62,848 bases of DNA from Myxococcota bacterium (GTDB lineage: Bacteria > Myxococcota_A > Polyangia > Polyangiales > Sandaracinaceae): contig JAYZQJ010000198.1 in NCBI GenBank assembly GCA_036149055.1, forward strand, positions 1 to 62,848, given 5' to 3'. The notes beneath the pieces were generated by a model. The model was not told the DNA's origin and did no database searches. It worked only from the letters and a program-made list of their open reading frames with translations. A program made the translations under genes and the position numbers. Of this stretch, positions 9,801-18,026 are shown in pieces. Each line of letters starts with the position of its first letter. Positions within the stretch are counted from its first letter, which is position 1.

Positions 9801-10749
9801 CCTCACCCTGGGCGGAGTCACGGACGAACACACGCTGGGGAACGGCGTGAAGCTGAGCCTCACGGACCGAGGTCAGATGGGCACTCAACCCTTGCTGGTG
9901 GACGGGACGCCGGCGGGCGCCGAGCACCTCGAGGACGGCGAGGACAGCGACGTGGCCTGGGCGGAGCGCCCCAACGAGGACGCCGCGTGGTCGACCGAGC
10001 TGCGTGACGCGCACCCGTCCACGAGCCACGTCGATCTCCACGCGACCACGGAGATCGAGACCGTGGTGCTGCCCTACCGGATGCGGCTGTCGAAGGAGGG
10101 GGTGAAGGTCGGTGTCGTCACGCCGAAGGAGACGGACCGACGGGACCAGCTCCAGGCCGACGTCGACAGGTTCACGGACATCAAAGACGAGCGGCAGCAG
10201 GCGCTGACCGAGTGCGTGTCGCGTCTGGCCGCGCGGACGGCGAAGCAGCAGCGCCTCACGCTTCTTCGTGACAACCCGATGAACGCGCTCAGAGCCCCGA
10301 GGTTCGACTTTCACATCCAGCGGATCCAGGCCGAGATCGATGAGCTCGAGGAGAGGCAGGAGGACCTCACCCGTCAGCTGCAGAGGGCGACCGCCCAGGT
10401 CATCGCGGCCCAGGCCGCCCTGTCGGCGTTCTCCGCCACCTGGGACACGAAGGCCTTCCCGGTGCTGGAGCTGACCGAGGACACCATCCGCCTCGGCTTC
10501 GCCAACGGCAGCCAGGACTGGAAGGACTTCGCCTACCTCGAGATCACCAAGGACGGGATCAAGATGTTCCAGCCCAAGGCGAACGGGACCGCCACCTTCG
10601 ACCTCGCGGCGAAGACCGGCGCGGTGACCGACGGCGCCGGCAAGGCGAGCTTCACCGCCAACGACGGCAAGCTGAACCTCAAGTTCCAGTCGGACATGTC
10701 GGCGGGCGCGATCAAGGTCGACGCCCAGGGCAACGTGAAGCTCGGATGA
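6862..10749 (+). CDS. 1295-aa hypothetical protein, probable VgrG-associated spike/effector with gp5-like beta segments, inserted beta-rich domains and a coiled coil
   Basis: 22 bp after vgrG, SD GGGGAG; short beta-strand periodicity at the N-terminus and C-terminus (..IKVDAQGNVKLG); function inferred. Confidence 0.75.
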   Translation: MSDGSIEDTARRFEIFVPSPKARINMGSRNATDTGPFGYSGLSLQSDVHLFIDANKHTLYQTGQNFCGQVGGKWWQFSNDPMFLSSTANMTVAADNKVIIASGAGQGQITALDHGENIRLVPYNELKLHYVVDTLQTGLFEFFHGRHDRKEEKFGLLKKIDLEHFDSSSAALKNDGVAAHEGGFLNTVARSWELMDRGVLEDALAANPAHGAVPSLGPILGAKIAGAPDLAALEYGFSTYFARFDPYKYGKDGWLNKLHKVVSVLKRFVHVALKYGEIVTDLPIISHAIKAFEALGSLMNAAWSARNMATDSFPALVTFQRASDGSWSGGSFGTGGVVDEASSGMLARGAHVADGAADSRKAKIESKEEPEGGFRLTGQTYRLDVEWKDGRKSPAVMVNPTGPQPATLEITAPTLTNTPETKTLALKVGGQTITVSLSAANTADGAVFAAAIDAALGARGTAIDAGASVAVTATPHVAIGGAAGAETASIAFPPSDISVDWSASVDVNGTVTTVTVPVGQLVSAARFAESVRGQLPESVTVETAVSEVTIIAPEPALKLLNANDTPSLLVRMGSGEAAYDNRTSSLPLKAPVLSATGEKEQLKVAVDGTTFTVDLDSSTTLKSALDAETTLLTLASVSGTGNGPITITTRSSRGSSQVAVKSVYDQPRWSFSPSRDEQGADGCDNPLTVDALLGLIGSLDGVSASKDGSKLVLEATATGEGSKVKVSGNLAGVVFTDKEDEITGAPDLGDSGVFDTDFETSLKTLRSWNHELQKLPEDTRNLTRPLTNALQDTLSTVSALESMTKTIAEIAAKGSPPPPEAIGLLANDGITLGTADRIVGTGGKGIVFISDGGTGSPDRNKFVKTEKLVADMGAWTSSFFEADSADAPARSLGFRVLSDSAIDMTSTTYAQLAAMGRAKLQGARPDGRQDGAGIGIARVIGSYASEVAGYEKVVISARSPGDANDKAGATGGRVELLGQRLTLGGVTDEHTLGNGVKLSLTDRGQMGTQPLLVDGTPAGAEHLEDGEDSDVAWAERPNEDAAWSTELRDAHPSTSHVDLHATTEIETVVLPYRMRLSKEGVKVGVVTPKETDRRDQLQADVDRFTDIKDERQQALTECVSRLAARTAKQQRLTLLRDNPMNALRAPRFDFHIQRIQAEIDELEERQEDLTRQLQRATAQVIAAQAALSAFSATWDTKAFPVLELTEDTIRLGFANGSQDWKDFAYLEITKDGIKMFQPKANGTATFDLAAKTGAVTDGAGKASFTANDGKLNLKFQSDMSAGAIKVDAQGNVKLG

Positions 10750-12302
10750 GCGAGTACGACGAGATCCCCTACGGCGGCGTCGCCGCGCCGCTCTCGCACC
10801 CCGCTCGGCTCGCGCTCGCCGCCCGCTTCCAGGGCGTCGCGGCGGCGGATCCACGCGCCTGCCGGGTGCTCGAGCTCGGCTGCGCCGAGGGCGCGAACCT
10901 GCTCCCCATGGCCTTCCACCTCGAGGGCAGCGAGCTCGTCGGGGTCGACGCCTCGGCGGCGCACATCGCCCGGGCGGAGGAGGCGCGGGACCGGCTCGGG
11001 CTCGACAACCTCTCCTTCGTGCACGCGGACCTGCGAGAGGTCGAGCTCGAGGGCGAGTTCGACTACGTCATCGCCCACGGCGTGCTCTCCTGGGTGGCCG
11101 AGGACGTGCGCGCGCGGATCCTGGCCCTCGCCCAGCGGCACCTCACCCCGAACGGCGCGCTCTTCCTCAGCTACAACTGCGCGGCTGGCTGGGCGTCCAA
11201 GGCGCCGCTCCGCCGCGTCCTCCTCTCTCGCGCCGCGGGCGCGCCGCCGGCCGAGCGGGCCAGCCGCGTCCGCGAGGTGCTCGCCCACGTCGCCGGGAGC
11301 CCGCTCCGGGAGTCGTCTCCCCACGCCGCGGCGCTCGCCGCCCAGGCCGCGAGCGCGCTCCAGCACCGGGACGCCTACCTCGTGCACGAGTACCTCTCGG
11401 AGCACCACCACGCCTTCGACCAGCGGGAGCTGCGGGCGCTCGCCGAGGCGCACGGGCTCGCCTTCCTCACCGAGCTGGCGCCCGCCTCGAACGTGGCCGG
11501 GCTCGAGGACGATCTGCTCGGCACGCTCGCGCCGCGGTTCGGCGAGGACGCGGACGATCTCGCCGACGTCCTGCTCGGGCGCGCCTTCCGCTCCTCGGTC
11601 TTCGTGCGGGAGGGCGTGGAGCGCGAGCGGTCCCTCGACCGGGCCCTCGAGGGCGTGGTCTTCCGCGGGCGGCTCGCGCCGAGCGACAGTCGCTTCTCGC
11701 TCGAGCCGGACGTCGCGGAGACCTTCCGCACCGCGAGCGGGGCGCAGATCTCGGTGCGCAGCGCGCCGCTCAAGGCCGCGCTGGTGGAGATCGGGCGCGC
11801 CTGGCCCCGGGGCCTCGATCTCGCCGGGCTGCTGTCGCGCGCCACCCTCCAGCTCCAGGTCCGGCGCGCGCTCGCGCCCGAGTCCCAGCTCGACGACGCC
11901 GCGCGCGCGGGCCTCGTCACCGACCTGCTCGAGCTCGGCCGGCTCGGCCACCTCGAGCTGCGCCTCGGCGACCCGGACGTCGCGCGCGAGCCCCCCGAGG
12001 CCCCGCGCGTCAGCGCCCTGACCCGCCTCGAGGCGGAGCGGGACGGCTACGTCACCTCCCCGCACCACGAGGTCGTGCCCCTCGCGCCCTTCGCCCGCGA
12101 GCTCGTCCGCGCCCTCGACGGCTCACGCGACCGGGAGGCGCTGACCGCGCGCTTGCGCGAGGCGGTGGAGGCAGGCGGCCTCGCGGCCGAGGGCCCGGGC
12201 GGCGAGCCGCTCTCGACCGAGGCCCTCGCCAGGGCGCTCCCCGCCCTCGTCGAGCGCACGATCGCCGAGCTCACCGCGGCGGGGCTGATCCTCCCGGGGT
12301 GA
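10746..12302 (+). CDS. Class I SAM methyltransferase with methyltransferase-regulatory domain (Rickettsia PKMT-like protein methyltransferase family)
   Basis: YDEIPY..SHPARL, RVLELGCAEGANL, FDYVIAHGVLSWV, LSYNCAAGW, YLVHEYL, GRAFRSSVF; ATGA overlap with the upstream gene. Confidence 0.85.
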   Translation: MSEYDEIPYGGVAAPLSHPARLALAARFQGVAAADPRACRVLELGCAEGANLLPMAFHLEGSELVGVDASAAHIARAEEARDRLGLDNLSFVHADLREVELEGEFDYVIAHGVLSWVAEDVRARILALAQRHLTPNGALFLSYNCAAGWASKAPLRRVLLSRAAGAPPAERASRVREVLAHVAGSPLRESSPHAAALAAQAASALQHRDAYLVHEYLSEHHHAFDQRELRALAEAHGLAFLTELAPASNVAGLEDDLLGTLAPRFGEDADDLADVLLGRAFRSSVFVREGVERERSLDRALEGVVFRGRLAPSDSRFSLEPDVAETFRTASGAQISVRSAPLKAALVEIGRAWPRGLDLAGLLSRATLQLQVRRALAPESQLDDAARAGLVTDLLELGRLGHLELRLGDPDVAREPPEAPRVSALTRLEAERDGYVTSPHHEVVPLAPFARELVRALDGSRDREALTARLREAVEAGGLAAEGPGGEPLSTEALARALPALVERTIAELTAAGLILPG

Positions 12303-13536
12303 GCGCCCGCGCCCCGTCGACGACCCGGCCCATCCACGCGGCGCGGTGACCGGTGGGGTAGAGGCGCAGGTACGCCCGAGCGACCTCCAGCAGCGCGTCG
12401 TGGCGCTCGAGTCGGACGAGAGCCTCCGCGCGCAGCACCAGCGCTCGCTCTCGGAGCGGCGACGCGACCTCCGCGACCCGCGCGCCCTCGAGCGATCGCA
12501 GCGCGCGCTCGGCGTCACCGCCCCGGAGGTGGAGCTGGGCCGCCAGGAGCGCGGCCTCCCGCTGGGCGGAGCCCTCGAGCCCATCGGCCGCGGCGTCGTA
12601 GGCCTGCGCCGCCTCCTGGTCACGCCCGAGCGCCCGGAGCGCGTCGGCCTCCACGTAGCGCCAGGCCGGGGACGGCGCCGCCGCCCGGGCCATGGCCAGC
12701 GCCTCGTCGGCGTGCCCTTCGACGATCCGCGCGCGCGCCCGCTCCGGCGTCGGCGTCGGAGGCCGGCGCGCGTCGGCCGCGGCCCGGCGTCGGGCTCGCG
12801 CCGGCGGTCTCTCGGTCGCCTCCACCGCAGCGGGGGGCACCGCAGCGTGGGGCGCCGCAGCGAGGGGCGCCGCCCTGCCGCGCGCTTCGGCCGCCGCTTC
12901 GCCCGCGGCCCGGAGCGCCCCGTCCTGGAGCACGCCGTGCCGCTGTCCGGCGCTCAGCAGCCTGACGCGGCCGCCCTCCCGGACCAGCACGCTCCCCTCG
13001 AAGACCTCCACCGCCGAGCCGGAGGCCCGAGCCTCCACCGCGAAGACCGTCCCGGTCACGAGCGCCTCGAGGTGGGCGGTGCGGACCGCGAAGGCGTGGC
13101 CTTCGGGCAGAGGCGCGAGGTCGAAGAGCATCGCGCCGTGGGTGAGCGTCACCACCCGCCGCGCGGGGTCGTCGAAGTCGAGCCGGAAGCGCGCGCTCCG
13201 CGTCGGGGTCAGGCGGTCGTCGCCGCGCACGACCGGTGCTGGCAGCGCTTCCGGCGGCGCTTCCGGCAGCGGCGCCGCTCGCGGGGTGAGGGGCGGGGGG
13301 GCGGACGGCCCGGCGATCGGGCTGGGCGCGGAGCGCTCGAGGAGGAAGAGGACCGCGACGGCGGCGAGCGCGAGCGCCGCGCCGCCGGCGATCCACGCGC
13401 GCCGCACGCGCGTCTGCCGCTGCTGCCGGGCTCGGCCGGCGAGGAGCGCGCGGGTGATCATCGCCTCGTCGCTCGCGGCGGCGGCCTCGGCGTCTCGCAG
13501 CGCCTGGGCGGCGCGATCCAGGAGCTCGTCGCTCAT
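12271..13536 (-). CDS. FecR-like anti-sigma factor with TM helix and C-terminal TPR-like region
   Basis: MSDELLD.., TM WIAGGAALALAAVAVLFLL, LTHGAMLFD..FAVRT..VTGTVFAV..VEVFEGSV; ATGA overlap with the sigma gene. Confidence 0.8.
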   Translation of the reverse strand: MSDELLDRAAQALRDAEAAAASDEAMITRALLAGRARQQRQTRVRRAWIAGGAALALAAVAVLFLLERSAPSPIAGPSAPPPLTPRAAPLPEAPPEALPAPVVRGDDRLTPTRSARFRLDFDDPARRVVTLTHGAMLFDLAPLPEGHAFAVRTAHLEALVTGTVFAVEARASGSAVEVFEGSVLVREGGRVRLLSAGQRHGVLQDGALRAAGEAAAEARGRAAPLAAAPHAAVPPAAVEATERPPARARRRAAADARRPPTPTPERARARIVEGHADEALAMARAAAPSPAWRYVEADALRALGRDQEAAQAYDAAADGLEGSAQREAALLAAQLHLRGGDAERALRSLEGARVAEVASPLRERALVLRAEALVRLERHDALLEVARAYLRLYPTGHRAAWMGRVVDGARALTPGGSAPPR

Positions 13537-14153
13537 CGCTCCCTCAGCCGCGCGCGCAGCGCCTCGTCCGCCTCCAGCCAGGCCTTCAGCTGACTGCGCG
13601 CCTGATGCAGCCGCCCCCGCATCGCCAGCGCGCTGCAGCCGACCTCCGCCGCCGCCTCCTTGGGCGTCAGGCCCTCGACCACGCAGAGCAAGAGCGCCAC
13701 GCGTCGCGGGGGCGTGAGCCGCCGCATGTGGGCGCGGACCCGCTCGACCGTGTCCCGCTCCATCGCCCGCCGCTCGGGATCCGCGGCCGGGCTGACCAGC
13801 TCGACGTCGGGCTCCCCCCGTGGGCGCCGCCGACGGCGCTTCAACGCCTTCATCGCGACCCGCACGGTGATGGCCCGAGCGAGCGAGCGCAGGCTCGAGC
13901 GTCCTTCGTAGCGGTGCAGCGCGGTCGCGATCGCGGTCAGCGCCTCCTGCGTCACGTCCTCCGCGTCCACCCCCCGGACGAGCGAGGCCGTCCAGCGGCG
14001 CACGTCGGGCAGCAGCTCTCGCAGCGCTCGCTCGTGAATGGCCACGTCGCTCGCCCGCAGCCGCGCGGACAGCGCCGCCACCACCTCCGCTTCCCGCGCC
14101 TCCAGCGGGGAGAGGCGGATCCACGAGGGCAAGCTCTCGAGCGTGCCGATCAC
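13533..14153 (-). CDS. ECF-type RNA polymerase sigma factor
   Basis: DAEDVTQEA, RYEGRSSLRS, LLLCVVEGLTPKEAAAEVG..RGRLHQAR; GTGA overlap with the upstream gene. Confidence 0.85.
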   Translation of the reverse strand: MIGTLESLPSWIRLSPLEAREAEVVAALSARLRASDVAIHERALRELLPDVRRWTASLVRGVDAEDVTQEALTAIATALHRYEGRSSLRSLARAITVRVAMKALKRRRRRPRGEPDVELVSPAADPERRAMERDTVERVRAHMRRLTPPRRVALLLCVVEGLTPKEAAAEVGCSALAMRGRLHQARSQLKAWLEADEALRARLRER

Positions 14154-15055
14154 GGCCTCCACTCCACGCCGACGCTCGCGACGGCCAGGCCGAGGGCGGA
14201 GCCCTCGAGCCCCACCGCGAGGATCTCGCCGGACGCGATGATGCCCCACTCCCGCGTCGCGCTCACTCCGAGCAGCAGCTGGGCTCCGCCGGAGTAGGCG
14301 AGCCCGTCGTTGGCGGTCGCGCCGCTGGCGTGCCCGAGCTGCCCCGAGGCCTGCAGCGCGATCAGCGCCGGCCCCCACTCCCACGCCCAGCCCACCTCGA
14401 GACCCGCGAACGCGCCGCTGAGGAGCGCGGGGCCGAGCTCGCCCACGAAGGCGATCGCGGTGGCCCCGAGCCTCGGCCCGGGACGGAACCAGGCCCCCGC
14501 CGACACCCGCAGGAGCGCGAGCCTCGCGTCGTCCCAGAGCGCGGGTCCGCCGAGCGCTCGGAGGTAGCCTCGGGTGAACGGCTCGGGCCTCGCCGGCCGC
14601 GACGCGGGCGACTCGGTGACGGCCCGCGGCGAGATCGCGGGGCGCGGTGACGTGCTCCTCGGGGCGGTGAGCGGTCGTCGCGGGAGCTCCATGGGCATCT
14701 CCCGGGCCTCCTCGAGCAGCGCCCCCGCGACGAGCGCGACGCTGCGCGGGGACGCCTCGACGGGCATGTGGGCCTCGGTCGCGCCGCCGTCCAGCCAGGC
14801 GACGTGGAGCCGCGCTGCGGCCTCGTCGATCCACACGACCGCGCCCGCGCTCTCCCGCTCGGCGTGGGCCCTCGCCTCCTGGAGCGAGAGGGACGTGGTG
14901 CCGCTACGGAGCCGCGCGCAGCCCAGCCCCAGCGGCGCGAGCTCCAGCCGCAGCGCGGCCTCGAGGGTGTCGCTGCCGCCGACCAGCAAGACCGTCTCCT
15001 GCGCGAGCGCGTTCGCGGGGATCAGCAGCACACAGAGCGACAAGATGGGTCTCAC
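14150..15055 (-). CDS. Hypothetical exported/outer-membrane protein, first gene of the ECF operon
   Basis: Signal peptide VRPILSLCVLLIPANALA; beta-barrel-like C-terminus VGVEWRP; start GTG inferred. Confidence 0.65.
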   Translation of the reverse strand: MRPILSLCVLLIPANALAQETVLLVGGSDTLEAALRLELAPLGLGCARLRSGTTSLSLQEARAHAERESAGAVVWIDEAAARLHVAWLDGGATEAHMPVEASPRSVALVAGALLEEAREMPMELPRRPLTAPRSTSPRPAISPRAVTESPASRPARPEPFTRGYLRALGGPALWDDARLALLRVSAGAWFRPGPRLGATAIAFVGELGPALLSGAFAGLEVGWAWEWGPALIALQASGQLGHASGATANDGLAYSGGAQLLLGVSATREWGIIASGEILAVGLEGSALGLAVASVGVEWRP

Positions 15056-15174
15056 GGCGCGAAGAGGTCGCAGTCGGGGTCGGCCAGGAGCGAGGCGCAC
15101 GCCTCGAGCATGCCGATCGTGTGAAGTGGATCCAAGCGAGCGCATCCCTCGGATGGCAGTGCCCCGCGGTCGAC

Positions 15175-15240
15175 GGTCGATGTATCGTTTATGGCTATCG
15201 TGGCGATTCGGTAAATGTATTCGTGCTATGTCATGGAGAG
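15175..15240. promoter_or_regulatory. AT-rich divergent promoter region
   Basis: Marked local AT enrichment between divergent genes; TG-C-TATGTC at ~15227-15235. Confidence 0.45.
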
Positions 15241-15255
15241 CCTCATCGTGAGGTC

Positions 15256-15645
15256 ATGGCCCACCGACTCTTCCACTCCCTCGTCATCTCGAGCGTCGTC
15301 GCGCTCGAGGGATGGGGCTGCACCTTCACCAGCCACGTGCCGGAGCCCCCGCCTCCGCCGCCGCCCGACGACGACGCCGCGGTCCCCGAGCCGGACGCCG
15401 GCGCGGTCGTCGCCCCGGCCGACGCGGGCGCGCCAGACACGGGGCTCCAGGACGCCGGGCCCGAGGACGCCGGGCCCGAGGACGCCGGGCTGGACGCGGG
15501 AGAGGATCCGCGCCTCTGCGAGCCGGGCTGGCCGACGACCAAGGCCTTCTTCTGCACCCAGGTCGACGGCGGCGACGTGGTCTGCTGCGACGACCTGCTC
15601 GAGGACGGCGGCCGGGACTTCTGCTGCGTGCCGAGGGAGCCGTGA
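15256..15645 (+). CDS. Small exported/lipoprotein-like protein with DAG linker repeats, CEPGWPTTK motif and Cys-rich tail
   Basis: SD GAGG; MAHRLFHSLVISSVVALEGWGC; DAGPE repeats; six Cys in the last ~45 aa. Confidence 0.75.
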   Translation: MAHRLFHSLVISSVVALEGWGCTFTSHVPEPPPPPPPDDDAAVPEPDAGAVVAPADAGAPDTGLQDAGPEDAGPEDAGLDAGEDPRLCEPGWPTTKAFFCTQVDGGDVVCCDDLLEDGGRDFCCVPREP

Positions 15646-16451
15646 GCCTCGCGTCGTCGCCCACCCTGGCGCGGGTCTCCGCGTCCGGCCGCTACCAGGG
15701 CGCGGTCACCCGGCGCGCGCTCCCCGAGGTCGACGCGGAGATCGCCGCGCTCCCCCGCCCGCTCCGGGCCACGCTCGCCTCGATCTGGCTGTCGCAGGCG
15801 GCGACCGAGGCCCGGGTGGCGCGCTCCTTCGGGGTCATCCACCGCAGCCTCGTGCGCCTGGACGCCGACCCCGGGCTCGTCGCGCTCGCGGCCCGCGCGG
15901 TCGACGACGAGCACCGCCACGCGGCGCTCTGCGAGGAGCTCGCGGGCCGCTACGCCGGGCGGGTCGTCGGGCCTCACGCGTCGCTCCCGCACCAGCGCCC
16001 GGCGCACGCCGAGGCCTCGTCCCCCGCGCTCCGGGCGGCGCTCTTCGTGGTCGGCCAGTGCGCGCTCAACGAGACGTTCGCGAGCGCCTACCTCGACGCC
16101 GCGCGCCGGGAGGCGGAGACCCCGCTCGCCCGGGCCGCGCTCCGGGCGCTGCTCGAGGACGAGGTCGACCACGCGCGCATCGGCTGGGCGTACCTGTCCA
16201 CGCTCTCGCCGGCGCTCCGGGCCGCCGTCTCCGACTGGCTGCTCCCGCTCGTGGTCTGCAACCTCCGCGAGTGGCGCCGCCTCGAGCTGCCGCAGGACGA
16301 CGCCCTCGCGGCCCACGGCGTGCCCCCGAAGGAGCTCGCGCTCGCCGCCCTCGACGCCGCCGCCCGCGAGCTCCTCGTGCCCGCCTTCCGCCACGTCGGC
16401 CTCGACACCCGCGCCCTCGAGCGCTGGATCGCCGCAGGCCTACCGACGTAG
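15642..16451 (+). CDS. Ferritin-like diiron-carboxylate domain protein
   Basis: WLSQAATEARVA, DDEHRHA, CALNETFA, EDEVDHARIGW (E..ExxH..E..ExxH); GTGA overlap. Confidence 0.8.
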   Translation: MSLASSPTLARVSASGRYQGAVTRRALPEVDAEIAALPRPLRATLASIWLSQAATEARVARSFGVIHRSLVRLDADPGLVALAARAVDDEHRHAALCEELAGRYAGRVVGPHASLPHQRPAHAEASSPALRAALFVVGQCALNETFASAYLDAARREAETPLARAALRALLEDEVDHARIGWAYLSTLSPALRAAVSDWLLPLVVCNLREWRRLELPQDDALAAHGVPPKELALAALDAAARELLVPAFRHVGLDTRALERWIAAGLPT

Positions 16452-18026
16452 AGCGGTCACCGTCCGCGCGAGCGCGGGGGGCAGCCGGCGCTCGCGGAGC
16501 GCGTCGAGCAGCTCCGCCCAGAGCTCGGCGCGCATGTCGCTCGCCGTCGTTTCGGCGAGCCAGGCGAGGTCGTACGGCGGGCGGTCGAGGGCCTCGGTCA
16601 GCGAAGGGAGCCGCGGGTCGCTCGGATCGTCGAACGCCGCGAGCCACCAGAGGAGCAGCGTCGCGACGGCCTCCTCGGGGCCGTCCCCGCATCCGGCGAG
16701 CCACGCGAAGAGCTTCGCCGCGTCGGCGCGCGCGCCGGCGCCGAGGGAGACGCAGCTCTCGAGCAGGATCGGGCCGTTGACGACGAGGCGGTCCATGCTG
16801 TCGGGGCGCAGGCAGAGGAGGGTGACCGCGAAGCCGCGCGCGAGGTGGTCGACGGTCTCGCCGCTCTGCCAGCGGGTGAGCTGGAGCACCTCCTGGACCG
16901 AGAAGTCGAGCCGGCGCGGGAGCTGCCCCGACGCGCAGATCTCCCGGAGCGTGGCGAGGTTCTTCTCCGCTCCGTATCCGTAGTCGGCCTCGGCGATGGC
17001 GCGGAGGCGGTCTTCGTCGATGTCCTCGCGGAGGCGATCGAAGAGGCCGGCGGGGTCGGACGCCCAGCCCTCGAGGCCCGAGGAGGACCGCAGCGCGCCC
17101 GGGCCCACGCCTCGCGGGCCGAGGCGCGCCGCCGCGGCCTCGTCGCCGAGCAGGCGGAGGTAGAGGGCGCCGAGCCGCTCGCGCTCCTCGTCCGTCGCCG
17201 CCTCCTCGGCGCGCGCGAGGGCGGGCCGCACCCGGTCGTCGAGCCCGAGCTCCGCCGCGGTCTCGGCGACGGCCATCGCGTCGCCGGCGCTCGCCGCCAG
17301 CGCCTCGGCCCGCGTCAGCGCCCGCCGCGCGCCCGCCGAGCCCTCACCGAACGCGCGCGCGATCGCCGCCGCCTGGGTGACCTCCTCGGCCCGCGCCAGC
17401 GCGGCTTCGAGCAGCCGCGTCGCCTCGTCCGGGCGCTCCAGCGCGCGCCAGCCGCTGGCCACCCACCACGCCTCGCCCGGATCGTCCAGGAGGCCCTCGG
17501 CCTCGCGGAGCAGGGCGATCGCGCGGTCCGGGTCACGCTTCACGAACGCCCCGGCGAGGGTGCAGAGGTCATCGACCCTGCGCCGGCGCCGCGCGTGGCG
17601 CACCCCCCGCTCGAGCTCCTCGACGCCGGTCCGGCCCTCGGACAGGCGCGCCCGCTCCTGCGCCACCCGGACCCAGCAGAAGCCGCTCACCCGGTAGTCG
17701 CGCTCGTCCGCTTCGAAGCGTGAGAGCCCCGCGTCGAGCAGGGCGTGGGCTCCGTCGAGGTCCGAGAGCAGCGCGGCCCGCGCCGACGCGGCCTCGCAGA
17801 CCCCGTGCACGTCCAGGGCGTCGAGCGCGCTCGCCTCGAGCGCCGGGACGACGAGGTCGACGAGCGCTCCCGCCACGTCGCCCCGCTCGCGGATCGCGCG
17901 CAGGACCAGCCGCCACTCCCAGCTCTCCTCGCTGCGGGTGACGGCCTCGGTGAGGTAGGGCTCGGCGTCGGCGGCGCTCTCCGCCTCGATGGCGCGGCGG
18001 GCGAGATCCTCCAGGCTGAGCGTCAC
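16440..18026 (-). CDS. Hypothetical alpha-helical repeat protein
   Basis: C-terminal 528 aa of the 16440..22358 ORF; GTGA overlap with the oxidase stop; C-terminal IAEADYG..EVLQLTRW segment. Confidence 0.7.
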   Translation of the reverse strand: MTLSLEDLARRAIEAESAADAEPYLTEAVTRSEESWEWRLVLRAIRERGDVAGALVDLVVPALEASALDALDVHGVCEAASARAALLSDLDGAHALLDAGLSRFEADERDYRVSGFCWVRVAQERARLSEGRTGVEELERGVRHARRRRRVDDLCTLAGAFVKRDPDRAIALLREAEGLLDDPGEAWWVASGWRALERPDEATRLLEAALARAEEVTQAAAIARAFGEGSAGARRALTRAEALAASAGDAMAVAETAAELGLDDRVRPALARAEEAATDEERERLGALYLRLLGDEAAAARLGPRGVGPGALRSSSGLEGWASDPAGLFDRLREDIDEDRLRAIAEADYGYGAEKNLATLREICASGQLPRRLDFSVQEVLQLTRWQSGETVDHLARGFAVTLLCLRPDSMDRLVVNGPILLESCVSLGAGARADAAKLFAWLAGCGDGPEEAVATLLLWWLAAFDDPSDPRLPSLTEALDRPPYDLAWLAETTASDMRAELWAELLDALRERRLPPALARTVTALRR

